Assembly (NCBI GenBank): GCA_043228905.1
Contig: JBHGNT010000002.1
Coordinates: 22,134,001 to 22,198,000, forward strand
DNA length: 64,000 bases
From: Azolla caroliniana
Taxonomy: Eukaryota; Plantae; Polypodiophyta
Direction: 5' to 3'
This document shows, one piece after another, positions 1-12,728 of the stretch. The position numbers were made by a program, and so were the translations under genes. Under the pieces are notes generated by a model, which saw only the letters and a list, made by a program, of their open reading frames with translations, was not told where the DNA came from and did not search any database. Within the stretch, counting starts at the first letter, position 1; every line of letters starts with the position of its first letter.

Positions 1-2700
1 TTCCTTTTTTGAACAATCAAACAAGTTATAGAATGTATATTGTCTCGATATCAATGACTCCATTGGCCTCTCTACATATGCTAGGTAAACTATAATACAT
101 TACTTCTACTTCTCTTTTTTGGAATACTTGTCTTTTCATTATTCCCAACTTCACATGAAGGTACATTATATTACATAGTTTTCAAAAATTATGAGTAGCA
201 AACACCCAAACTTTCATTGTTCACAACTTCACGTGAAGGTAAATAAAAAAACATGGTTTTCAACAATTACCACGTGCAATCTCCAATTACCATCATACAA
301 ATTCTACAGTGACCATCTCCATCTCCAATTACCACCATACTCTCTTTGCCAACATCCTCTTGTTGCTACTCGGTTTTGGCAATTTCATTTCTACATCAAA
401 ATCTCACCCTTGTTCCATCCCCGAGAAGCTTCCAAATGAGTAATTATTATTCAAATGCCAAACCTCATAAAAAGGAGTAGTGAGGAGATCAACATATTCT
501 CACTAGGCACGTTTGACGTTGGAAGTTTGGAAGTCACACTTCTAAATTTTATAAACTCATAGCTCAAAGTAAACACTTCTAGTTCACACACGTAAATATT
601 GTCGTGGATATAAATCTTGATTTTTGACACAAAGACTAATGTGAAACCATCTCACCATTGTGATCTATTTGAGAGCGAGATCTTTGTATTCTTAATGACA
701 CAAGCAAAGTCTAGTGTCTATTGACCTTGGGGGGACTTTAAAATACCACATATGCACATTGGAGGGTTGGGAAACAGTTCCATGAATTGTCTGATAATCA
801 TAGCACCTGTTAATTGGACATGAGTTATGGAAAGGGACCCATGCAAAGGGTGCATGATGCAAATTAGTAAACTGACAATTGAGAAAATCATGGCCATCCA
901 TTGTACAATTTTTGTTGTTAAATATTAATAATATTTTTGGCATAACAAATCTTTTCTAAAACCATTTTTCCCTAAAGTGATCGGGGTCCAATATATTTTG
1001 TAGCATGAACCAATCTAGAATGTATTGATGTTAAAACATCCCTATTCTTTCTCTTATGTTATTCCCCAATCACCATTCGGGGTAAGAGGTTCAAATGGAT
1101 TCACCCCTCTAAATTTTGGCAACCATCACAACCAAGAAAAGGGGTGGAAGACCTTTACTTATCAACACCTTGTATTATCAAGCCTATCGAAGGACCACCT
1201 TTGCATGCTCAAGTGGAGGAGCCTGATATAAAATGGGTCCTTTTGAATTAAGGTTAAAACCATGCTTCAAAGTCCACGCTAATGCGAGTAACCCCACAAC
1301 CTTGATCTCACTCTTATTAATACTTCGAGACTAAGTAGGTTATCAAATATTCAACCAAATTGAGATCTAGAATCCATGTCAATTATGAACCCTTTCATAT
1401 AGATTCCAATGCATTTTCTTTATCTCATCTTTCATTACAATATAATGCATGCAAATCCTACTCTTATTCATCCAGGACAAGGAGAAATGAGGTAGAAGCA
1501 ATAGAATCGTGTGTACGTAACCACATCGAGGTGACATGTTGTTGCACATGCCAAACCGTAAAGTTGTAATGACATTAAATCCATTGACAAATAGAAGAGT
1601 CCTAAACCGTGGTCCTACATGTGGCTCATATAGCCACAAAATGTTCACAAAGTAGTACAATATTGATAGGTCAAGGAAGTTTCCATTTGCCAAATATGAT
1701 GAATCCGCAGGAAATGAGCTATCAATGCTAAATATTACCAACATACCTCCACCAATAAAAGTTAATGTGATGGATTTCATGGGCAACAAAGTTGTATATA
1801 AAGTGGCACATGTGAAACAAAAATTATCATGGAGGAATTCTAGGAGAGATTATGTGGGAGCCTTGTATGTGAAGAAATTGAAAATGTATTATTTTGGGGA
1901 TCGGGAAAAAATAATAATGAGAAGGCAAGTATAATAACCATTGAAGAGAAATTCACTTGATTTAGTTATATGACCTTCAATCAAGATGATGATGATAAGA
2001 TAACTTCAAAGGATTTAGAATCAATGGAAACCAATGGTTTGCCAAAGTGATCAAGGTGTTCCCACAACTAGATACACTTGAGTATATGCAATTTCGGAGG
2101 TGTGGGATAGAAGTGATATAATGCCCATTGCCACACAAATTTTTAAGAGGATGTGTGCCCCCCCCCCCCCCCACCCACCCCTTCAAACTCACAAAATATT
2201 GGGAGCATGGGATTCATTCAAAGGAGAGGCACTTTAGAAATACAATAATGCTCAAGAGGAATAGATTCTTATATTGTGTGGAAGGTTGCGAATCCTTGAT
2301 TATATGAGTGCCTATGAAAAATGAGAAATGGTGGGCATCATGCGCAATAAACCTCCAAATGCATCTCCAAGGTTAAAACATTGTTCATAGGCTATCGAAT
2401 CGATATTTATTTGTCCATATTGTTCTCTCCAATTAGAGCTCTTCATTACTCTTCCTCAAGGGCAGGATGTCAATGTAACGAGAATGTGCCGAGTGTGCAT
2501 AAAATCAAGGCAATACCATAGGGTTATGTCTCATTGAGTCAAGTCTATCACAAGATTCTTCCCCAAGCATTATGAATGGCTCACTGATTTGATTCTCAAC
2601 GATATATTTGACTACTCAACTTAGTGAGAACTATTTCAACAATTCTTCTTTGTTGTAGATTTACTTACCCCTCATAATATAGTCTTCACCAAATCGTCTT
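1..2700. mobile_element. Highly degenerate retrotransposon (Ty3/gypsy-like) debris; boundaries approximate
   Basis: Short broken motifs resembling RNase H (FKVHANASN, ~1266-1293 +) and an integrase zinc-finger region (ILWLYEPHVGPRF, ~1605-1645 -). No intact ORF and no termini found. Confidence 0.3.
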
Positions 2701-3210
2701 TTAGCATTAGAAATTATTCAATTAGTAACAGTACAAGTAAAAGCATCCCTTCACTGAAAAAGCAGTGAAATGATGAGCATATTAACATAAGTGCAAATAC
2801 CAGAGTTTTATTTGAGTAAATAGCATTGCAATTAGAAATCAATCATCAGAAAAACATATCTACTATCTTCTTGTTACAAGGCTGATCCAATTATAAGAGG
2901 GAAATTTGCCTTGAAAATTCCAAGGGGATCACAAAAGGAGTAAAAATCAGAAGTCAAGCTCTTCAATTAGCAAAGGAAGTCCCTCATTCCCTTTTAAATG
3001 AATCCCTTCTACAACACGTACATAATGCAAGTTCCTAAGTAAACAAGCAATTAGGAGTGAAAAAGTATCACAAAGATATTTGTATTGTAGCAAGTGGGAA
3101 TGTATAAAGCTTTTTATGTGCTGAATATATGCATACAATATTATAAACGATAGTCAAAACAAAGTACACTATATTTTACCTTTAAAATTCATCAGAGTTT
3201 TGATTTCCAA

Positions 3211-3402
3211 ACCTTGAAAACGGTATTCGAATGTTGATATATTTTCACCGAATCTCTGTTCAAATGTACAACAAAAGTTTATCTACATTGAGAAGAAGAA
3301 CCTTGAAAACAGTCCTTGAATTTCATATTTTCATGAAATCTCTGTTCAAACGTACAATAAAAGTTTATCTACATTGAGACAAAGAAACTTTATCTACATT
3401 GA
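3211..3402. repeat. Imperfect tandem duplication, period ~88 bp
   Basis: ccttgaaaac...aatctctgttcaaa.gtacaa.aaaagtttatctacattgaga occurs twice, plus a partial third tttatctacattga. Confidence 0.8.
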
Positions 3403-4065
3403 AAAATATTTGAACTTAGCACGCAGTCAAAATATATATGATGTGTTATGAGATTTGAGAAAGTGCAGGGAATATTTAATGAGAAGTATGCAACATCATC
3501 CATTTGCAATGCAATTGCAATAATATCTTACAATGTGAACATCATTCATTATATGGTCGATAGCAACAATAAGCTTTGCCATAAGCAATCTCTAAAGATG
3601 GACCATCCCTTCTTTTCTCTTAGATATTCCAATGAGAGCACTTGCGCACCTCTTCCTCAACTTAAGGATATTACAACAAGTATTAATTGTGAATTCCTAT
3701 TGATTCAGAACCAAACAGAGAGAAAAAACAAACAGCCGTAGGTTCTTGTCACATGTTTCAGTATGAATCAAGATCGACATTCAGAACCAATGGGATTTCT
3801 TTTGGTTTTTTCTATATTTTCCATGCAATACATATTCCCTCAAACTACTCTGAAACTTTGTCATGAGTCATGACAGTACCATTGCTACTCTACAAGGTAA
3901 ATATCCAGAAAAAAAAAACGATTAAAGGCACGCTCTCCAAAATGGCTCAGGAGATGCACTGTTACATAAAAAGCTGAGAAATCACCTGCTTGCTTTGATT
4001 CATGTCTTCTCAGGTGTTAGTATGCAGAGGTTACTGGAAAGATGAGGTTCTCACATTTTCTGAAT

Positions 4066-6886
4066 CTACATAATGATGTTACAGTGGCTATCAACATAGG
4101 TTTCGGCATCCCAAAGGAAACTGCCAAAAGCAACTGCCTCTAGTACTAGTCTCTTAAACCCTGAGAGCGTTAGGATCATAACTTCATTTTCTCCTATTGG
4201 TATCGGCTCTCTCTGCAACTCCGCTCGCCCAAAAAGAGCTTCGGTTTGTTTCTCAATAACATTCGCCATTTCGATCGTACGGAGAGTGGCACATTTATAT
4301 AGTGTGTCCAACTCGAATGACATCACATAATTACGCAACAGATTCGGCTTCTCATCACAGATGAAGCTCATTCCATCCTTGTTGGGGTACTCATGGACAC
4401 CACCTATCATTCCTGACAAGATCGAGACTCTTTCTGCAAAGCTAACGTCTTCTTTTGGTTTCTCTGTTTCAGATAAACGTGGAGACAAAATCTCCATAGC
4501 TTTTTCCATCTGAAACTTCTCATCTACCCTCCTCACAAAATAACCGTAAGCTGCCGAAGATGCATACACTGAACCTGTATCGAACTTACTAATCTGAACA
4601 GTAATGCCATCATCCAGAGATTGTGAAGGAGTCTCAGTTCCCAGAATGAAGGAAATATGCTCCCATACCATCTCTTGAGCTTCATTGGAGTGAATAGATG
4701 TAAGTTCTTTCTCTTGTCTAGGCATATTCTCGATTCTTTGCAACTGGTCCTTACGCGAAGAAAAACAAGGCAACATAGTGATATGGGCTTCCAGAAACCC
4801 GTGAGAAACAAGCAAATATATAATTTCCTCAACCACCAAAGATCTTTCTTGAGCCTTCAACTCTGCAATTCTCCTGATTCAGGATTTTCGCAGTCAGAGG
4901 CTGATTTGTAAAAAAAATATGATATTATGTGCAAAAGTACAATATGATTCAACTAGCACCTCGTGTTTGTAAATACAGAGATGAGTTAACATTTAGAAAC
5001 CTATTAGAAGGAGATGCAATATATATTTCTATCCTGTTTTCAGCAAAAGTTTGAAATAGAATATACAAGAAAAGCACAAGTAACTTTGCCTTCTTGAAAC
5101 AGTAGATCTTTAAGTCAAAAGGCCGAGGCCATGTTAAACAAAGGAGTCACAATCAAGATCCATTAGAGATCTTACTTGTACAGAACTGAGCCACTCTCTG
5201 AATTCATCGAATGTCTGGCCTGGATTTCAGCAGTTTTTTTCTCTTCTGCAAGGTTCTGGAGTTGCTGCTCCACTGCAGCAGAAAACAGGTGAGGATGGCT
5301 TTGCTGCAATTTCATCAAGAACTGCCCTGTTGGTGATTTTAGTCTCAATGGTGCAAATGCTTCACTTTTAGAATCTGCTTTTACAACGAGAAGTGTTGTC
5401 GTCATGTTACTTCTATTTTTTCTACTGGAAACATTTCTGTCCAAGCACCCTATCTGAAAATGCTGCCCACAATTGACGGCCAAGTTCAGAATTAAGGAGA
5501 ACATGCTTCTCACAATGGAAAAAGAATATAGACAGCTATGACATAATGTTCTTTCCTCATCAGAAAGAGGCCCTTTAGGCCTAATTCTACATCCATTTGA
5601 AACAATTATAAAAATCTTTGGAGGCCAATATTCAGTTATAGCAAGAATTACGTGCAAATCACAACGTGATGCATTGCCACTTATTTGCAAGCAAAAACCA
5701 TCAGAGACAAATTCAGTAGAGAGAAGAAAAATCAAGACAATCTATATGTATTTATAAAGACTACATTACATGTATGATTGACTAAAATATAAAAGTTATA
5801 CTTTCCTAATTGAAAGACTTTTCCAGAATACCTTTTCAAAAACAACGAATTGGATGTTAGAGAAGTAATGTTACAAAAGAGAGTTTAGGGCTGATCATAA
5901 TTTTGGGGCACATGTAGTACAGATTCCCATTGATGCGTTTGCATATGTTTAGCTACATCTGGAGTGCTCAGCGTAAAAAGAACAAGACCATTAACTTCTT
6001 CCTCATGAATAGCCTCAATAAAACAGCAATGTCATCCTTTGTCACATATCGATACCAATTACATAGCATCTTGACATGACCAGTGAGCTGTGGTCCTACA
6101 AATTGTCAATACCCACTTGTGCTTATATGATAGTATTCCCAAGTATATACATGGATCATTCCACAGTCCAACAAGACAAATATATTGCGCAGAAAAACAT
6201 GAGCATGGGAATGGTTCTACAAGAATGAGAGATTCAAAATGGCATCGGCATTGAGTTTGGAGTCTGGCGTTTTACTTGATATGAATCCAATTTGGAGTCC
6301 GGCCTACACCTAAAACAGATACTTCTCTACTAACGAAACTTTAATCTCTACTATACAACTGAGATTTTTTGTCCATCTGCATTCCAAATACGAAATGATG
6401 TAGAAAATTTGCCCTCTTTTCTTGTGAAATTAAAAAAAAAAGTTTAACTACTATTTTCAGAATAACAAAAAAAGAAATCCGTCGAATAATGGGTGAATAA
6501 CTTGCCATTAACATATTACTGAGTAAAATCAATTAATACTAAATCCCCCGGATAATATTTCACTCGAGAACCTTTTCAATATACTGTTTTTCTATTATTT
6601 ACTTCTATATCATTTTATTTATCTTTTTCATTTATTTATTTTTTAGACAGGGCACAAAGATCTGCACTGAGAGAGCTCTGTTTTGATAGCAAACATTTGA
6701 AAATGAAGAGGAGAAAAAAAGGAAAATAATAGAAAAAAAAGAGAGAGGAAAATGCAGAAGAAAGAAGAGTGGAAACAGAGGAGGAGATGAGGGGACCTTG
6801 GAATTGTTTGTGTGGATCCATAAGGTAGCATGGCTGCTCAGGAAGCAATTTCCTCTTCCTCCTCCACTCTGGCATAGCATGGCCAT
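4066..6886 (-). CDS. DUF760 family / UV-B-induced protein (At3g17800-like), probably plastid-targeted, ~391 aa, 3 exons (6886-6797, 5453-5176, 4873-4066)
   Basis: Family motifs APLRLKSPTGQFL..HPHLFSAAVEQQL, LYK|RIAELKAQER..EEIIYLLV, VYASSAAYGYF, IEKQTEALFG, LVLEAVAFGSFLWDAETYVDS. GT-AG junctions keep the frame (90+278+808 = 1176 nt). Exon 1 and the start ATG are less certain; an in-frame ATG also exists at 7030. Confidence 0.85.
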
Positions 6887-8845
6887 CCCTTTGTGAGGCT
6901 CTGGGTCTGTCTCTTGCTTTTCATCTAAATGGACAGCCCAAATAACATGTCCAAAACCAAGAAGAGGACCGCCATATTGACATGACCACTGGCTATCGTC
7001 GTGGTCCTGTCTTGTCTGTCTCCTTCGCACATCTCGTGTTCATTGGTAACACAATTCTCGGACATATTGGACCTCCTAGTTACCACCATATTGAACCTCC
7101 GATCATTGCGGCACGATCTAAAGAAGCTATCTATCCTCCCAACTTATGCTCTACTTCTCGAATTTCCTGCACATACCCCTCTCGATGCAACAAATCTGGA
7201 GAGACCGAATGAAGCAGAGAAGATGGATTTGTGTTAAGTCTCTCTAAAACTAGAGATAGAAAGACCATTGGGAGACTGAGGGGGGGGGGGAGTGTGTGTG
7301 GAGGAGTCATAAGAAATTCGAAGAAGGAAGGATGTTTCGAGACTCTCGAAAATTCAAGGGTTGGATTGTTGATGTCGTGAAACTTTAGGGGTATTGGTAA
7401 GTTTCCTTATATTATTGCATTGCATGAGATGTATTTCGATCCACCTTTTTGTCTCACCGTACGTAAGGAGATGATGGCTTTGATTGGTTGGGATGTGCTC
7501 ACCCATTAAGTGTTTTTTATTTGCAACACATCATGCACATTATGTTCTCTTGAGATACCAAGTGGGAGGTCCTCCTTGAGGAAATTTAAACACTAATTCA
7601 ATTTGTTTGTGTGAGATCATTTGAAAACCATCAAAATCGTCCCTTCTAGGAGGCAAATTTAGTACAAGAGTTTGAATTAATCTTCTTTGGTCTCGAAGGG
7701 GATACTAACAATGCCGATTGCAATGTTTCAGATTTGTCATGTGTTTTGTTTGATTTCCTAGCATACTATATGATGTTCTCAAGATAGAGCATGCAAGGAA
7801 CATTCTCAAAGAGATTACACATAAAGTTGTGATCATATGGAATGACATTTTACATGGGTAGTTTGCTTCCTTTTGAAGCCCAACTTCATATCATTTTTCT
7901 ACTAAAAGCATCACTTATACTTTTTGTTGGCTTGATGAAGTTCTCCTTGATGCAACGCATATGAACTCTTGTTAGATCATAAACAAAGATGAAGGAAGTG
8001 AATCAAGTTTAGAAAAATAAATAACACTTATATACTCAACTCAATTCGTCTATATATGTCATTGTCAACTCATTAGATTATGAAAAGGACAAAAGGCAAG
8101 AAAAGCTTATTATGATATGCTTGTAAGTGTTTGAATCTATGATGCATGAAGCATTATTTTGGTTGTAAAATTCGATCGATGAAAAAATTATTAGAAATAG
8201 ATTGGAAAATAACATTATCCACCTTTTTAAAGGTTGTTGAATATCCAATTGAATGAGAAGGTTTTCGATGAAATTCCAAAGAAAATAGAATGAGGGAACT
8301 TCTATCCACAAACAAGGGGTGTTTGTCGTCAATTGCTAAAGCAATACGAGACAATTTCTTTGAAAGTACTGGTGAATTCTTAGTTAGATATTTGCTATAC
8401 TAGAGTAGTGATGTTTATAGAATATAATTTGCTTATGTTATTGAACCATGTTTAAGTCGTCTAAATGCACGTGTACATCTATTTAACGTTATATCCCTCG
8501 CATTCGACTATTTACTATCCAATTTGTTAATGAACAAGACGTTTATGTGCAATAGATGCGTGAAAGCAAGGCCTAATAACGATACATGCTATATCAATCC
8601 CAAAATTCGATAACATTATCTACAGTCTAGAGGCTTGAAACAAAATGACAAAACACAAAAAGTGTTTATTCCAAATTGTGTTTAAATCACAAAGAATAAA
8701 AGTAGAATGATTGTCTAGAAGAAAATGTTTCCCTTTTGAAAGTGGCCAAAATACACTTATGGAGACTACAAAACATCAAAACCTAAGTCATTTAATTTCC
8801 AAAAACCATATAAAACAAAGACAACTTTGTAAGATCAATGCGTCG

Positions 8846-8917
8846 TGGTCTTGTAGGATTCAAATCCATGACCTTCTGTTATTAACAAGATACTCCAACG
8901 AACTATGCTAGAATACT
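8846..8917 (-). pseudogene. Degenerate tRNA-Ile(AAT)-derived pseudogene or SINE head
   Basis: Minus strand agtattc-tagcatagttcgttggagtatcttgttaataacagaaggtcatggatttgaatcctacaagacca aligns with the eukaryotic tRNA-Ile(AAT) layout (TAGCTCAGTTGGTTAGAGC..CTAATAAC..AAGGTC..GGTTCGA). Stems are broken. Confidence 0.6.
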
Positions 8918-9047
8918 AGAAATTGTTCACTTTATGTTTTATTTTTGGAGTAACATGTTGTGTGAGTAGAAGCTTTCTTATATACATATAATTCATGACA
9001 ACACCATGACTAGTGGATACTCTATTTGTGTCCATGTTTACTTGAGT

Positions 9048-9387
9048 AACCTTGGAGCCCTTATAATTGCACCATACACGAGGGTACAAGTGACCATGGC
9101 TTTGAATAACCATACCTCTATTTGTGACTATTGGAAGTGTGCTTGGTGTCATTCTCGTATTGATTTGACCAAATATATCCTTGAGTGAGCCAATTCCTAG
9201 TAGCTTGGGTCATAGATAACCTTGAAGCCTTTATGATTGCACCATACACAAGAGTAGGGGTGACCACAAATTTGAATAATCGTACCTCTATTTGTGACTA
9301 TTGGAAGTGTGCTTGGTGTCACTCTCGTTTTGATGTGGTCAAAGACATCCTTGAGCGAGTCAAATACTAGCAACTTGGGTCATAGAG
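9048..9387. repeat. Tandem duplication, 2 x ~170 bp
   Basis: aaccttg.agcc.ttat.attgcaccatacac...tacctctatttgtgactattggaagtgtgcttggtgtca...cttgggtcataga starts at 9048 and again at 9218. Confidence 0.9.
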
Positions 9388-9864
9388 AAATGCCAATATA
9401 TGCTTGTAAATGTGACTCTAGATTTACATGTTTGGAATAAATTGCTTCACTTGCCATCCTAAAACGGTGAAGATAGCTTGTTGATGAGTTTTCCATTGAT
9501 GTATGGAAGATCGTGGTGATAGTCTTTACTATGTTTAGCGTGAGCCCTTTTTCGTAGCAAATTCCATCTAGGGCATTGAGATGATGTTGTACTTGTACGT
9601 AATATACAAACATCGAGATTATGTCATTTTGTAGGGAACACTATGGATAGATGTGCTTAATATGTCAATTCCATCGATGCCACATGTGATGGAGTTTGTT
9701 ATCTCATAAATGCATGATTGGAAGATGATAGGGAAGCTCAAGCATCATTGGTTCACAACAATGGTGATTGTGGTTACTTCTAATGGCTCCCTTGGACACC
9801 TAGCAACATTTTCTATGTAATGCATGTATCACATGCATCATGTCAAAGGCCATTTTGAGTGTTC

Positions 9865-9868
<4 letters not shown>

Positions 9869-9911
<43 letters not shown>
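9869..9911. repeat. (GA)n microsatellite
   Basis: Direct reading. Confidence 0.95.
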
Positions 9912-9914
<3 letters not shown>

Positions 9915-10498
9915 GGGTGGTGGGGGGACAAAAAATGTGTTAGTCTCTTCTCCCTCCCCACAACACGTGAGAGAAAATATATTCCAAGTTCAGAGTTCGG
10001 TGACACATTATGAAAATAACATATAGTGAATCGATCACTCTATTTCCACTCGTGTCATTCCACAAAGATACACGGCTTTAAAGAAGCACTCTAATATTGA
10101 CACACAAGTAGCAACAAACTATTCATTTTGATCCAAATCTTTTTTTATCCATGGAAGTTCGATCAAATTTGTGTATTCTACCTCATCCTTCAAATACGTG
10201 CCATGAAAGACCAATGTATGTTTTGATGGCAAAGTTCTTGTATGCACAATCATGTGCCTGGCGACAAGAACTTGTCCCTCAAGCTTTGTGTCATAATCCC
10301 TCTAAGAATGAGAGGGGGTTGATCACTATCTAGACATTCGTTTGGACAAATTTGGATTCAAGAGATTCTGAACAATGGGAAACATATCGGAAATATACGA
10401 GGGGGAGTATTCTTGTTGTTAAGAAAACTTCGAGATACGTAGGTGGGTTTCTGTTTTTTAGAGCTTCATCCTCTTTTATTACTTCTTCTTCTTTTGCT

Positions 10499-10643
10499 AA
10501 AAAAAAAAAAAAAAAAAAAAGAAGAAGAAGAAGAAGAAAGAAAAAAAATAGAAAAAAAAGAAAAAAAAGAAAAAAAAAGAAAAAAAAAGAAAAAAAGAAA
10601 AACTTGTTTGCAGAATAATAAACATTTTTACCCTAAATTTGTT

Positions 10644-10679
<36 letters not shown>

Positions 10680-10800
10680 GGTGGCTGTGGTTATCACTCC
10701 AATTATTTGTTTTATGTTTGATTCTTTTCAATTGAAGGGTTGAGAGAATACAGTCTCTTCGCCTTCTTCTTCTTCTTCTTCTTCTTCTTCTTCTTCTTCT
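10499..10800. repeat. Low-complexity cluster upstream of PurL: A/GAA-rich tract (10499-10602), (GT)n (~10649-10678), (CTT)n (~10763-10800)
   Basis: Direct reading. Confidence 0.9.
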
Positions 10801-12728
10801 ACTTCAAGCAGATACAAACAGAGCAGAGGTAAAGCTTCTTATTCTCTTATTGTCTATGTCTCTATTTAGCTAGGTCTTCATCTTAGGTAAACTTCTTTTT
10901 TAGTATTCCTCCAACTTGCCATTGCTTACCCCCCCCTTCAGAAAAGAGAATGATAGGGGTGAAACTGGGTTATCAGCTCCCAAGTTTTTCTTTATTTACT
11001 TCAATACCCCCAATTTTCTCGGGGTTTCCCCCAAGTTTAATTGCTTTAACCCTGGAAAGAGAGAGAAAAAGAGGTAAATTGGCCTTATGATTTCTTGAAT
11101 AAACTTGAGTAGAAAGGCAATGAATTGGCCACCTAGTTGTCAGGTAGTACATATAATTGAGAAACAGGGGATGAATTGTCCTTATAAAATTTCAAGTAAC
11201 AACATATAGTTGTTAGAGTGGGGGTTGCCAAAGTCATTTCAGGAGACAATGAAAAATAAGGGGCATTTAGGAAATAAAGTGTATAACTGCTCAAGTAGCT
11301 CATATGCTTGCTTGAGAGCGAGTTGTCAAGGGCATTTGGGAACAATAGGAATTCATGGGCAATTTGGGGAAATAAAGAAAAACTTTTCAAAATGGATGCT
11401 TTTGATTTGTTGTTCTCTCTTGCTCGAAGTAGCAAAACAGTCTCTCTTGGAACCTCATTAAGGCAAACCAATTAGCTCTCGTTATATGACTTAATTTCTA
11501 GGGTTTAGTAACACAAAAATCGGTTTTCAAACATTCATTATATAAACAAAAGATTTCGATGATGTGATAAACAAATAAAGTAAATTACAATTTCAACTTG
11601 GGCTAACTAAGAACTTTGAATATTGGAAGGAAAGAGGAACTGTTGTGCTTCCATGTCCAAGTTAGTGCATGGATGCATGATGATGATGATCACTAGGATG
11701 ATGCAGCTGTAGTTTACGTATGCTTCTACTATATTTTTTGTGAGGTTTTTCCTTATTGCTTTGTTCATGATGATGCATTGGGTGGTGTTAAATCAGATCA
11801 CATTGCTCGGTTTTGTAATATTAAATAAGGTAAGGATTTTTTATATTCAATTCATTACTATTCCATCCCGACCGCTGTTAACTCTCCGCCTATGCATTTC
11901 CTGTATATATGTTCCCCAAGTCCTAGTACTCTATTTTATTCTCTTTCTTGTATATTGCCTCAGATGTGGTATGCATCAGATTGATTGTGGTTTTTCATGA
12001 CTCTTACGTGTGACAGAGTCTCAAATCCTTGGTGTCTCCTTTTGCCCAATCGCGTGCTCAGGTTTTTAATGCAGTTTTGTGTATTTTGGCTTATATACTT
12101 GCATGCGAATGTCTTCATGGATTCGGCATATTTTCTCATCAAGAACAACTATGACTATTTATTTCTTTTTGCAATAGTTTATGTTTTCCGTCTGATGGCA
12201 TTATGTAACAATACTCTTGCATTAATATCAAGTTTCTATTATTTATGGAAATGTATGGTATGGTTTGGGCATATTTGCTGACAAAATGACATTATGTGGC
12301 ATGCTTCTATGTGTTATTATATAATGAGATTGATTTCAAAATAAGGTTGATTATATGTTACTATATAATTGATGCACACTGTTGAAGACATATGGGTTAC
12401 TGTTTGGGCCATATGTAGAGCATTTACTTGTCATGTGAGTGCTTTACCTTCCTTGAAGGTAGTATTGGCCAGGGCTGAAAACTCATACCTTATATCACAA
12501 TGGTGTTCATTTCCATGAAGATGAACACATTAAGAGCTTTTAAGCATATACATTATATACTAAATACTGTTGAACATGGTAACCTTGTTTTCTTCCTGTG
12601 TAACTCATCTTTCTTCCACTGTTTCTATTTCTCCTTCTCTTTCTCTCTTACAGGGCAAAGGTGTTGGAAATAAAAGGAAAAAAAGAACCTCTTGACATAA
12701 CAATTGGTCTTCTGAAGAGATCATAGTG
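10750..12728 (+). other. Putative 5' UTR of PurL, with leader intron 10829-12653
   Basis: A CT-rich leader ends in GAG|GTAAAG at 10828/10829. A long pyrimidine tract ends in TTACAG|G at 12653/12654, 75 nt before the ATG. Confidence 0.55.

Noticed and set aside
6100-6310. Possible extra exon of the DUF760 gene (acceptor-like ttttag near 6310)
   Set aside because: Reads GTG TAG in the required phase 0; the 3-exon model is already in frame.
10352-10721. Lys/Arg-rich and poly-Phe ORFs
   Set aside because: Translations of the A-rich tract and microsatellites.
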